DNA from: a virus
Taxonomy: Duplodnaviria; Caudoviricetes
Length of the DNA: 50,014 nucleotides
Direction: 5' to 3' (one strand)
Virus record (IMG/VR): IMGVR_UViG_3300027834_000009
Span: 1-50,014 of that record
The translations under genes were made by a program, and so were the position numbers. Positions 9,628 through 16,401 of this stretch are shown here, piece after piece (the stretch's first letter is position 1; the number at the start of each line of letters is the position of its first letter). The notes under the pieces are model-generated. The model was not told the DNA's origin. It searched no databases and saw only the letters and a list, made by a program, of their open reading frames with translations.

Positions 9628-9966
9628 TTAATCTGAACCCCCAGTAAATGCAGCACCCCACGCCGCAGCGAGTGTAATTGCAATGGGTAGCTTGCTAAAC
9701 CCTGATGAATTACTTGTATTAGTTATTGATTCATACTTAGGCTTTGTAGTTGACTTAACGCTTTCATACTTACGAAATTTGGATTTGGCCATTTTGTTAC
9801 GCGGTTTACTCTTTGCCATCACAAATAATTTATTATTGATTATTTCATCATCAAGAGACTCTATGACTTCATATTCCTCAGCAGTCATTTGAAATTTAGA
9901 GCCGCTAAATGTGGTAATTATATAACTATTTATATGGGGATGTAGTCGACGGTTTGAACTAGACAT
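9628..9966 (-). CDS. Hypothetical protein (may extend to 9995 if a 1-bp deletion is present)
   Basis: ORF track. An upstream ATG at 9995 follows the promoter and a GAGCAAACAAA leader but is out of frame by one base. Confidence 0.55.
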   Translation of the reverse strand: MSSSNRRLHPHINSYIITTFSGSKFQMTAEEYEVIESLDDEIINNKLFVMAKSKPRNKMAKSKFRKYESVKSTTKPKYESITNTSNSSGFSKLPIAITLAAAWGAAFTGGSD

Positions 9967-10026
9967 GGTATACCCTCGTCATCACACTTGATCATTTTGT
10001 TTGCTCCATTAGGCTAAGTTATGGTC

Positions 10027-10055
10027 ATCATAGTGCAACAGTTGCGCAGTGTCAA
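10027..10055 (-). promoter_or_regulatory. Repeated promoter/operator element, copy 6
   Basis: TTGACA-CTGCGCAACTGTTGCAC(17)-TATGAT. Confidence 0.85.
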
Positions 10056-10630
10056 CGCTTAATTACTCCAAATTTTTCAAAGATTATTTCAAAGTCAAGC
10101 TCACGGTCGCCCATGTAGGTGATCATAGAGCCCTTGGGTGCTCCACGCTGTGGCATGCCGTCAGCTTGGATGTAGTGTGACCTTGGCGAGCAGAAGCAAG
10201 TCGGAAATGCTAGTAATTTTTGAGCCCATGCCTCACTGGTATTGGCGAACGTGATGCACATCAGCTGCTTGACGTTGAAATTAGCATATTGATTGATAGC
10301 ATAATCAATGTATTCCTCGTTACTTGGTTTGTCAGTGTCGATACAGTGGCCACGGTCTTTGCACTTCTTTTTTACACATTTAGGCTTGCAGGCAAGCTCG
10401 CCACGGCTGAATGGGTGATTCATCCACACGTTGCCGTACCATTGCTGCTTTAAGCCGTTATCCTCCTTGGTGAATATGTTAGTGGCCCCTACAAATAAAT
10501 TGGCCACAGGGTGCGAGAATGGGTCAAGATCAATAGACCCCATTAATTCACGAGCAGCACTAGTAAACTTTGGGTCGGTATAGTACTCGACATTACCGCT
10601 ATCTTGATTGATGAGTTGCGAGTTATTCAT
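10052..10630 (-). CDS. Phage Dam-like DNA N6-adenine methyltransferase
   Basis: EYYTDP, IDLDPFS and DNGLKQQW.GNVWMNHPF follow the phage N6A-MTase layout. Motif IV reads NHPF rather than NPPY/F. ATG at 10630 chosen as start. Confidence 0.75.
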   Translation of the reverse strand: MNNSQLINQDSGNVEYYTDPKFTSAARELMGSIDLDPFSHPVANLFVGATNIFTKEDNGLKQQWYGNVWMNHPFSRGELACKPKCVKKKCKDRGHCIDTDKPSNEEYIDYAINQYANFNVKQLMCITFANTSEAWAQKLLAFPTCFCSPRSHYIQADGMPQRGAPKGSMITYMGDRELDFEIIFEKFGVIKR

Positions 10631-10788
10631 TGGCCGCAAATCTTGAGACCATCCAATAGTTAGCCATACCTACCCCCTTAGTGCTTGACGTACTGCCAGT
10701 ACTGATGGTTTGACGGCATATTTAGCTCGTTCCGAGATTAATAGTGCTTGCTTTTCAGCTCGCTCGATTGCTTTTTTGTTACTCTTGC

Positions 10789-11010
10789 TCATGGTCTCAC
10801 CCTTGTTAATGCTAATTGATATAGTTCGTGGTCATAGTCAAAGCTGCCCAGTCTGATGACGTGCGAGAACTCCACCCCTCTGGTGTGCTCGTGCCTGTTA
10901 ATGTAGACAAACTGTTCTCGGTCATCAGGGTGGATATACATTGATTGCCACTGCCTAAAGGTGTACCGGTGATCAGCTAATACCGCTATTTTCATCGTCA
11001 TATTTTTCAC
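10789..11010 (-). CDS. Hypothetical protein
   Basis: ORF track; co-oriented with neighbours and overlapping them. Confidence 0.55.
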   Translation of the reverse strand: MKNMTMKIAVLADHRYTFRQWQSMYIHPDDREQFVYINRHEHTRGVEFSHVIRLGSFDYDHELYQLALTRVRP

Positions 11011-11287
11011 CTAGTTTATAAAGTTTTTGACCGAAAGTGGTTAGCGGATAGTTAGCCCTATTACCATTTTGGTAAAATTCAACGGCTAATGCTCGCAGTT
11101 CTTCCAGCTCAGAGGTGTCCACCTCGTCGCTATTCGCTATTGCCTGCTTAAAATCTGCTATATTCTCAAAGTCATTCTCACTAGAGCAATGTGGGCAATT
11201 TTCATTCCACCACTCAAGCCCAATGGTTGCAGTCTGTAGTGCAACTCGCAAATTAAAAACCATAGATTTTAGTACTGTCTCTCTCAT
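10973..11287 (-). CDS. Hypothetical protein
   Basis: ORF track; ATGA-type overlap with the upstream gene. Confidence 0.6.
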   Translation of the reverse strand: MRETVLKSMVFNLRVALQTATIGLEWWNENCPHCSSENDFENIADFKQAIANSDEVDTSELEELRALAVEFYQNGNRANYPLTTFGQKLYKLGEKYDDENSGIS

Positions 11288-11556
11288 CGCTGTCTACCTT
11301 TAAAGTTGTTTTGAAATTTAACCCAGCTTTTCTGCTTGAGCTTTTTCTCGTCAGTGGTTGCGGTCGCTACTTCTAAGCTCTCTAACTCATTAATACTGGC
11401 GAACTTTACGCGACCATTGATAGCAACGCTAAGTTGTTTCACAGCCCCCACAACTTCGATACCCGCCTCTCTTAATTTAACAATAGTTGCGTTTATCTCT
11501 GCTGCTCGAGACTTACCCACGCACCGAGGTGCCATCGTGATTTTAATTTTAGTCAT
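11284..11556 (-). CDS. Hypothetical protein
   Basis: ORF track; TAATG coupling and a GGGG RBS. Confidence 0.6.
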   Translation of the reverse strand: MTKIKITMAPRCVGKSRAAEINATIVKLREAGIEVVGAVKQLSVAINGRVKFASINELESLEVATATTDEKKLKQKSWVKFQNNFKGRQR

Positions 11557-11795
11557 TAGTGGCCCCTTGGGTGCAGGTCACCGATGATCACTGTGACATT
11601 ATCGAGGAAAATTTTAGTTTGTATTTCGTTACGTTCTTCAGTGAGCATGTGACAAGCGGTTCTAAGTGCAGTTGTAACAAGTGATTCTTGAGTGAGTAGC
11701 ATTCCACACAAAAATTCATATTGCAGGTCACTAAGTGGATCACCAGCATTACCCATTGTTGCCGCAAGTTTGGCTAGCATTTCATTAGCGTTCAT
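11556..11795 (-). CDS. Hypothetical protein
   Basis: ORF track; coupled to both neighbours. Confidence 0.6.
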   Translation of the reverse strand: MNANEMLAKLAATMGNAGDPLSDLQYEFLCGMLLTQESLVTTALRTACHMLTEERNEIQTKIFLDNVTVIIGDLHPRGH

Positions 11796-12042
11796 TAGCG
11801 TTAGCCTTACAAATTTCAGCGATAGTTTCTAGTCGGTCTTGCTTTCGACGTTCCTTAGATTTGTCTCTAGTTGCCTTTCGACGTTCCTGTATGCGTCGGT
11901 CTTCGCTCTGACTCATTACCCATTTCAGCTCTGCTGCGGCTGCTGTATCACCAAGTTTTGCGGCCTCCCTCAGTTCCTTAATTAGGTCTATATCAGCCAT
12001 TAAAGACTCACCAAAAATACTATTCATGTTAAAGTTTTCCAT
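11785..12042 (-). CDS. Hypothetical protein with a basic DRR/ERR-rich C-terminus
   Basis: The track start at 12090 is the TTG of a -35 box. The first ATG downstream of the promoter is at 12042. Confidence 0.6.
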   Translation of the reverse strand: MENFNMNSIFGESLMADIDLIKELREAAKLGDTAAAAELKWVMSQSEDRRIQERRKATRDKSKERRKQDRLETIAEICKANANER

Positions 12043-12061
12043 TTCTCGTTGATTTAACCCG

Positions 12062-12090
12062 ACTATAGTGCAATGGTTGCGTAGTGTCAA
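12062..12090 (-). promoter_or_regulatory. Repeated promoter/operator element, copy 5
   Basis: TTGACA-CTACGCAACCATTGCAC(17)-TATAGT. Confidence 0.85.
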
Positions 12091-12366
12091 CTAATAAAAC
12101 ACAGCTGGTTGTAAATAATCGTAAGCCAGGCTCGGGTCAATTTTTTTGACAAAAGGTCTCATATCATCAAGTAATTTCTTAGTGCATCGATACCGATGGT
12201 CACCGACGATACTTTTACCAATGGTTCGGTAGATAGTTCTAAGCTCATCATCATTATTAATGACTATTCGAGTGCGAAACCGCTGCAAGAGCTCGTCTAG
12301 TTGTGGCTCGCATAATGCAATATGGTCTAGATAGTCTGATGATGCTTTAATTTTAATAGGGTACAT
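12091..12366 (-). CDS. Hypothetical protein
   Basis: ORF track; the stop codon directly abuts the -35 box of promoter copy 5. Confidence 0.6.
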   Translation of the reverse strand: MYPIKIKASSDYLDHIALCEPQLDELLQRFRTRIVINNDDELRTIYRTIGKSIVGDHRYRCTKKLLDDMRPFVKKIDPSLAYDYLQPAVFY

Positions 12367-12393
12367 TTTAATTAATTCTTGTTATTTGAAGGA

Positions 12394-12416
12394 AAGGCCC
12401 CTAATTAGGAGGCCTT
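12394..12416. terminator. Intergenic hairpin, possible terminator
   Basis: AAGGCC-CCTAATTAGG-A-GGCCTT inverted repeat downstream of the 12435-12689 gene. The U-tail is weak. Confidence 0.45.
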
Positions 12417-12434
12417 CTTAAGTGTTATTAATAT

Positions 12435-12689
12435 TTACCTGTAAAAAGTCAGTGATGCAAAGTCACCAGACGGACGACAACCCCGATCGCCCTCACAAAT
12501 TTTGCAATTTTTACCGTCTTTATCACAAAATTTACCTTTCGGTTCTTTTGGTCTACCCTCATTGATAACATTAAATACGCCTGGAATGGTGCTAGATACG
12601 CTAATGCTAGTGTTCACACTTGCCTGAACGGGCATGATAAACACCATGAACAAAGCGATAATAATCAAAGTGGCTAATTTTCTAAACAT
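12435..12689 (-). CDS. Small exported protein with a signal peptide and a 4-Cys C-terminal motif
   Basis: MFRK, then a hydrophobic core, then a VQA cleavage-like site. The C-terminus carries FCDKDGKNCKICEGDRGC. Strong AGGAG RBS. Confidence 0.7.
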   Translation of the reverse strand: MFRKLATLIIIALFMVFIMPVQASVNTSISVSSTIPGVFNVINEGRPKEPKGKFCDKDGKNCKICEGDRGCRPSGDFASLTFYR

Positions 12690-12743
12690 AGTTTTCTCCT
12701 AATTTGCCGTCAGAATCCGGTGACGACTTCCGGTTGTTGTTTG

Positions 12744-13163
12744 TTAATATCTCGTACTCTGTAGAATCTTTGCAATAGCACAGAGTGTTTGATGTGCTGC
12801 CTCTTCCGTTTTAAAGAAATTTCCTTGATTGAAATGATTCATGTCTACAGGATCGTCATCGAAAGGCATATCCATTACATCATGGCTGCTAAATATCCAA
12901 TATTTATCACCAATTTTAGGTTTTTCGCTCATTGGCGCTATACACTCAATACCGTTGATAGTGTATGTTTTAGACTCTATTGAGTAGTTTTCTGCTGCAT
13001 CGTTAAATGTGAAATATTCAAAACTATTGTCCGAACTAGTTACCTTTTCACCCCTGCCGAATGCCTTCATAAATTCAATGCACTCAGGATTGAATCGTGG
13101 AAAGATTACTTTCACTTCATCACCATCAAGTACGCTTAGTACTCTTGCTTGTTCTCTGTTCAT
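12744..13163 (-). CDS. Hypothetical phage protein
   Basis: The C-terminal half (P...PKIGDKYW...GNFFKTEEAA) resembles 20080-20529. It starts 3 nt after junction repeat copy 1. Confidence 0.7.
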   Translation of the reverse strand: MNREQARVLSVLDGDEVKVIFPRFNPECIEFMKAFGRGEKVTSSDNSFEYFTFNDAAENYSIESKTYTINGIECIAPMSEKPKIGDKYWIFSSHDVMDMPFDDDPVDMNHFNQGNFFKTEEAAHQTLCAIAKILQSTRY

Positions 13164-13166
13164 TTT

Positions 13167-13502
13167 TTATTCTTTATGGTTGGTTAGTAGTTTTTCGAAA
13201 GAATTAACCACTTGTTTCATTAGCTCGAATTGTATTTTAGCCTCAAACCTTATTGAGTTGCACACCTCACTAGTAGTCGCTGTTTTATATTCGTCCCGAA
13301 CTGCTTTGAATTTATGAAAGAGTAAAAGCGCATCTTCCTTGGGTATCGACTCAGCTAGCTTAGCCTCGAGATACTCCTCCCTTTCCATCTGTACGCTGAT
13401 ATATATTATTTGCGCTAAAATGTCTTTTTTAGAGGCCCTTAGCTTTTTCTCTAGCTCGTTGATTCTGGCACTGTTGTCTGTAAATGTGTCATGTTCACTC
13501 AT
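13167..13502 (-). CDS. Coiled-coil hypothetical protein ending LTNHKE; partial paralogue of 15309-15734
   Basis: Shares RINEL, AKLAESIPK and EKLL(T/S)NHKE blocks with 15309-15734. Confidence 0.7.
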   Translation of the reverse strand: MSEHDTFTDNSARINELEKKLRASKKDILAQIIYISVQMEREEYLEAKLAESIPKEDALLLFHKFKAVRDEYKTATTSEVCNSIRFEAKIQFELMKQVVNSFEKLLTNHKE

Positions 13503-13657
13503 AATTTAAAATCCCTACAGTTGGTGCACTGACCTTTCCTGTTCAGTTCGTGGTCGTGATATTCATTTTCACAATTAACACAATGTTTTAGTTCGTAACG
13601 ACCTTTGAATGATGCACGTCTACGAGAGCGTAGGTAGTTTGGCTTAAGGTTACTCAC
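13499..13657 (-). CDS. Small putative zinc-finger protein (52 aa, not in ORF track)
   Basis: Manual translation from GTG: MSNLKPNYLRSRRRASFKGRYELKHCVNCENEYHDHELNRKGQCTNCRDFKL. ATGA overlap with the next gene. Confidence 0.55.
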   Translation of the reverse strand: MSNLKPNYLRSRRRASFKGRYELKHCVNCENEYHDHELNRKGQCTNCRDFKL

Positions 13658-13811
13658 TGGTCCAGCCCTCGACCTCCTCCCAGTTGATCATATTTAATAT
13701 CTGGTCATTAGCTGGTATGCTATCACCTACAATTACAAAGCTGTCATCAGCTTTGATTAGAACTAAATCATGAGGGTTAGAGTTGTTTGAATAAGTTACC
13801 ATTGTAGTCAT
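13650..13811 (-). CDS. Small hypothetical protein (53 aa, not in ORF track)
   Basis: First ATG after promoter copy 4. Manual translation: MTTMVTYSNNSNPHDLVLIKADDSFVIVGDSIPANDQILNMINWEEVEGWTSE. Confidence 0.55.
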   Translation of the reverse strand: MTTMVTYSNNSNPHDLVLIKADDSFVIVGDSIPANDQILNMINWEEVEGWTSE

Positions 13812-13843
13812 TTTTGTTTGCTCGTTGCGTTTAAGTTGAATCC

Positions 13844-13872
13844 ACTATAGTGCAACTGCTGCATACTGTCAA
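13844..13872 (-). promoter_or_regulatory. Repeated promoter/operator element, copy 4
   Basis: TTGACA-GTATGCAGCAGTTGCAC(17)-TATAGT. Confidence 0.85.
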
Positions 13873-14075
13873 CAACTAATTTCTAGCCTGTTCACATCAG
13901 ATTCTAACTCTTTAATTCTATCGTGCAGTTCCTCGATGACTTCTATTAGATCACTAGTTCCTATCGGTTCCAACTCACTACACACATGACATTTACAACA
14001 CGTATAGAATCCCTCAATCTTTTCATCTAGGCCGACGGGTTGCTCATTTTCACAATGTGCACATGTAGTTTTCAT
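13869..14075 (-). CDS. Small zinc-ribbon plus coiled-coil protein
   Basis: CAHC...CCKC followed by a heptad C-terminus. GGAG RBS. Its TGA stop lies within the TTGACA of promoter copy 4. Confidence 0.65.
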   Translation of the reverse strand: MKTTCAHCENEQPVGLDEKIEGFYTCCKCHVCSELEPIGTSDLIEVIEELHDRIKELESDVNRLEISC

Positions 14076-14227
14076 AGTGTTATTATCTCCAAGGTTTCAA
14101 GAGCTCCACGGTGGAACTCTGTGGCTATTCTCGCGTCATAGCATGACTGAATGTAGCCCATGATATTCACGAGGTTTAGTCGCTGCTCGACGCACCTGAT
14201 TGCCCATTCTTGCCCGTGTTCATACAT
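14072..14227 (-). CDS. Small hypothetical protein (51 aa, not in ORF track)
   Basis: GAGGT RBS. Manual translation: MYEHGQEWAIRCVEQRLNLVNIMGYIQSCYDARIATEFHRGALETLEIITL. ATGA overlap with the next gene. Confidence 0.45.
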   Translation of the reverse strand: MYEHGQEWAIRCVEQRLNLVNIMGYIQSCYDARIATEFHRGALETLEIITL

Positions 14228-14370
14228 CTTGATACTACCTCTAGTTTGTAAAGAATATTCACCAACAATATATTAACTAATACCTCATGATACTCAAGAT
14301 TGGGGCTTGTAATGGCGCTACCCAATGCTACCAGGTTAGCAATCAAATATAGTATTATGGTGTTTTTCAT
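14176..14370 (-). CDS. Small membrane protein following junction copy 2
   Basis: ATG 3 nt after the repeat; hydrophobic N-terminal half. Confidence 0.6.
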   Translation of the reverse strand: MKNTIILYLIANLVALGSAITSPNLEYHEVLVNILLVNILYKLEVVSRCMNTGKNGQSGASSSD

Positions 14371-14390
14371 GACCTATTCCTTATGGTTGG

Positions 14391-14559
14391 TTAGAGTTGT
14401 TTGTGTATCGACGTTCTGATAGTTTCAACACACTCAAACCAATGATTCCTTTCGCCCCCTAGCGGCAAGCTTTTAGCGTAAATCATTACTTTAGAACAGG
14501 CGTTATCAATAGAATCAAATGCTTCTTTTTTTTAAGTTTTCTAATTCTTTGTTACTCAT
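14391..14559 (-). pseudogene. Cassette gene frameshifted in an A8 tract (or a sequencing error)
   Basis: ATG 5 nt after repeat copy 3. Removing one base from the T8 run at 14526-14533 gives a 55-aa ORF (MSNKELENLKKEAFDSIDNACSK...IHKQL) ending exactly at the first TAA of repeat copy 2. Confidence 0.65.
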
Positions 14560-14598
14560 ATTATTTATTCCTTATGGTTAAACTAAAAGTATTGGTCG

Positions 14599-14847
14599 TT
14601 AATGATTGGAAACATAGCCAGGGTCTTTGCAGTCGCCGTACCAACGTAATAACCAACAGTCTTTGGTTTTACATTTCCACATTTTCCCGACATACACCCC
14701 TGACGGCATAGAGTTTGAATATTCATATAATTTAGAAAGAGACTGTATACTCATTAGTGCGTGGTTATCGTCTATTTCGATTTCGGAAAGTTTAGGTTGG
14801 TCCCAGTAAGCGCCTAACGGGTCTGTCATTTCAGGTACTGCTTTCAT
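14599..14847 (-). CDS. Hypothetical cassette protein
   Basis: ATG 3 nt after repeat copy 4. Trp-rich (YSNSMPSGVYVGKMWK...WLLRWYG). Confidence 0.7.
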   Translation of the reverse strand: MKAVPEMTDPLGAYWDQPKLSEIEIDDNHALMSIQSLSKLYEYSNSMPSGVYVGKMWKCKTKDCWLLRWYGDCKDPGYVSNH

Positions 14848-14867
14848 TATCTATTCTTTATGGTTGG

Positions 14868-15083
14868 CTAGCATCTCAATTTCACATCGTTATTAGGTGA
14901 GTGAGTTTGATTTAAAACGTTAGGCTTAGCAGTTGTTTGCTTTTCCCTCAATGGATCAATTTCATGTACAAAAACAAGATTAAGATGATTTTTTACAATC
15001 TCAACTTGCTCCTGTGTTAATTCTTTTTTACCACTTATTTCAAAATAACCCTGTAACCAAAAACAAAAATCTATAGTGTTCAT
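14868..15083 (-). CDS. Hypothetical cassette protein (FCFWLQGYFE type)
   Basis: ATG 3 nt after repeat copy 5; the stop is the first stop codon of copy 4. Confidence 0.75.
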   Translation of the reverse strand: MNTIDFCFWLQGYFEISGKKELTQEQVEIVKNHLNLVFVHEIDPLREKQTTAKPNVLNQTHSPNNDVKLRC

Positions 15084-15086
15084 AAT

Positions 15087-15305
15087 CTATTCCTTATGGT
15101 TGGTTAAAATATCCTGAGCAACTAACACAGGGCAATCTAACGAGTGTTTGAAATTTTCCTTTTTTTGGCTCCGAGGCTTCAATCCATCGTCACACCAATT
15201 ACAAATGTAACCATCATACGGGTACATTGCATCGTCCCACATAATACAATTATGAATCATGGCACCAGCAATCATGATAACGTCCTCTTTTTTGAAATCA
15301 CTCAT
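15087..15305 (-). CDS. Hypothetical cassette protein with a CxxC...HxxxC motif, ending LTNHKE
   Basis: Bounded by repeat copies 6 and 5. Confidence 0.75.
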   Translation of the reverse strand: MSDFKKEDVIMIAGAMIHNCIMWDDAMYPYDGYICNWCDDGLKPRSQKKENFKHSLDCPVLVAQDILTNHKE

Positions 15306-15308
15306 AAT

Positions 15309-15734
15309 CTATTCCTTATGGTTGGATAGTAGCTTTTCTAGGTCGCATAAAACACCTGTCAAAACCGCGTTATACCCCTCGTCAAGGCAATCTTTCATTA
15401 GCTCTGCGTAAACGTTTTGGAGTATCTCAATATCCTTCTTAGGTATTGACTCAGCTAGCTTGGCATTCCTTCCTCCTAAAGACTTTTCGCATGATTTAAG
15501 CAACGCTTGTTTATGATCTAAGTCAATTTCAAGAAGACCGTAGTCGAGCTTTAAACTCTCTAATTGCTTCTCTAGCTCACTAACCCTTTTCTCGAACTGG
15601 TTAGACGTGGCCTCCCATAAAGTGGCTGAACCTTTATACGCGAACAAATCCTTATCTAGCTCGTTGATTCTTTCTTTGTCAGTCATGCGTCTAGTTATCT
15701 CGCCACCGCCGTTTAAGCTTAAATTATCATTCAT
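15309..15734 (-). CDS. Coiled-coil cassette protein ending LSNHKE
   Basis: Bounded by repeat copies 7 and 6. Confidence 0.75.
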   Translation of the reverse strand: MNDNLSLNGGGEITRRMTDKERINELDKDLFAYKGSATLWEATSNQFEKRVSELEKQLESLKLDYGLLEIDLDHKQALLKSCEKSLGGRNAKLAESIPKKDIEILQNVYAELMKDCLDEGYNAVLTGVLCDLEKLLSNHKE

Positions 15735-15736
15735 AT

Positions 15737-15976
15737 CTATTCCTTATGGCTGGATAGACAAGCCTCTCGCCTATCATGTAAATTATTTAGTTTTTCAGTA
15801 CCCATCTTTAGCCGATACTCATAATCTCTTTTTAGGTCAGGATAGCAACAGCTAAAATCTAAAGTACATTCATCATTTCTATGCTCTGATTTTCCATTTA
15901 TCCATAATAGAGTTTGCTCTATGCAATTATCGATATAACCAAGTTGTTTATATGCTGGTGCTAACTTGTAACCCAT
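15737..15976 (-). CDS. Hypothetical cassette protein ending LSSHKE
   Basis: Bounded by repeat copies 8 and 7. Contains W..G.S.H..DEC..DFSCC.P.L. Confidence 0.75.
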   Translation of the reverse strand: MGYKLAPAYKQLGYIDNCIEQTLLWINGKSEHRNDECTLDFSCCYPDLKRDYEYRLKMGTEKLNNLHDRREACLSSHKE

Positions 15977-15997
15977 CTATCTATTCCTTATGGTTGG

Positions 15998-16263
15998 TTA
16001 ATCTAATCCTGTATCTGGCTCCGCATCCCTAACCGCTTTAGCCATTTTCTCAAACGTTTTAGCTAAGGACTCTCGACGGCTAGGTGATTTAGGTAGCCAA
16101 AAAGTAACGGCGCTTCTGTCGTCGTCTTCCGGCGGGTGATGCAACCTTTCAGACGAATGTAATACCACTTGTACCGCAGGGTAAATAATCCCCGTATTAC
16201 TTTTTTATTGAAACTTATAACCTCTTCCGTTATTTCTTGGCTGTATACATTGATTCTCATCAT
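15998..16263 (-). pseudogene. Cassette gene frameshifted in an A6 tract (or a sequencing error)
   Basis: Adding one base to the T6 run at 16201-16206 gives an 88-aa ORF (MMRINVYSQEITEEVISFNKKSNTGIIYPAVQVVLHSSERLHHPPEDDDRSAVTFWLPK...DTGLD) ending exactly at the first TAA of repeat copy 8. Confidence 0.7.
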
Positions 16264-16401
16264 TTATTCCTTATCGTTGGTTAAAACCGCGCCACAATCG
16301 GCACAGCACATTTTTTTAGTAAAGCCTTGTCGGTGCTTACCTTTGCATTCGTCAGCCCACGAGACAAGCTTAGGCTTTGTTTTTAGGTGTTTGCATTGCA
16401 T
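16264..16401 (-). CDS. Small Cys-rich protein ending LTNDKE
   Basis: ATG at 16401 after GAAGG. MQCKH...CCADCGAVLTNDKE terminates in repeat copy 9. Confidence 0.6.
   Translation of the reverse strand: MQCKHLKTKPKLVSWADECKGKHRQGFTKKMCCADCGAVLTNDKE

Larger units (their letters stand above)
13167..16284 (-). repeat. Nine copies of a 21-bp gene-junction repeat (YTAACCAACCATAAGGAATAR on the minus strand)
   Basis: Copies start on the plus strand at 13167, 14374, 14565 (degenerate), 14851, 15087, 15309, 15737, 15981 and 16264. Each is followed within 0-5 nt by an ATG on the minus strand. Confidence 0.95.

Noticed and set aside
12043-12090. Track start of ORF 11785-12090 at TTG
   Set aside because: The TTG is the -35 box of promoter copy 5, so translation must start downstream.
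14100-14120. Inverted repeat AGAGCTCCAC-G-GTGGAACTCT
   Set aside because: It has a one-base loop and no U-tract, occurs once and lies inside a plausible small ORF.
16063-16200. C-terminus of track ORF 16063-16263 (VIRGLFTLRY...)
   Set aside because: It is probably out-of-frame sequence after the A6 indel. The alternative frame ends exactly at the linker.
13167-16284. The 21-bp repeat array as a CRISPR array
   Set aside because: The intervals are about 170-410 bp (one about 1.2 kb), variable and protein-coding. The repeat is not palindromic, and the only Cas4-like gene is a standard phage replication-module nuclease.
13167-16284. The repeats as integron attC sites (several begin YYTAAC, like RYYYAAC)
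   Set aside because: There is no matching GTTRRRY core, no 55-140-bp imperfect palindrome and no tyrosine recombinase in the window.
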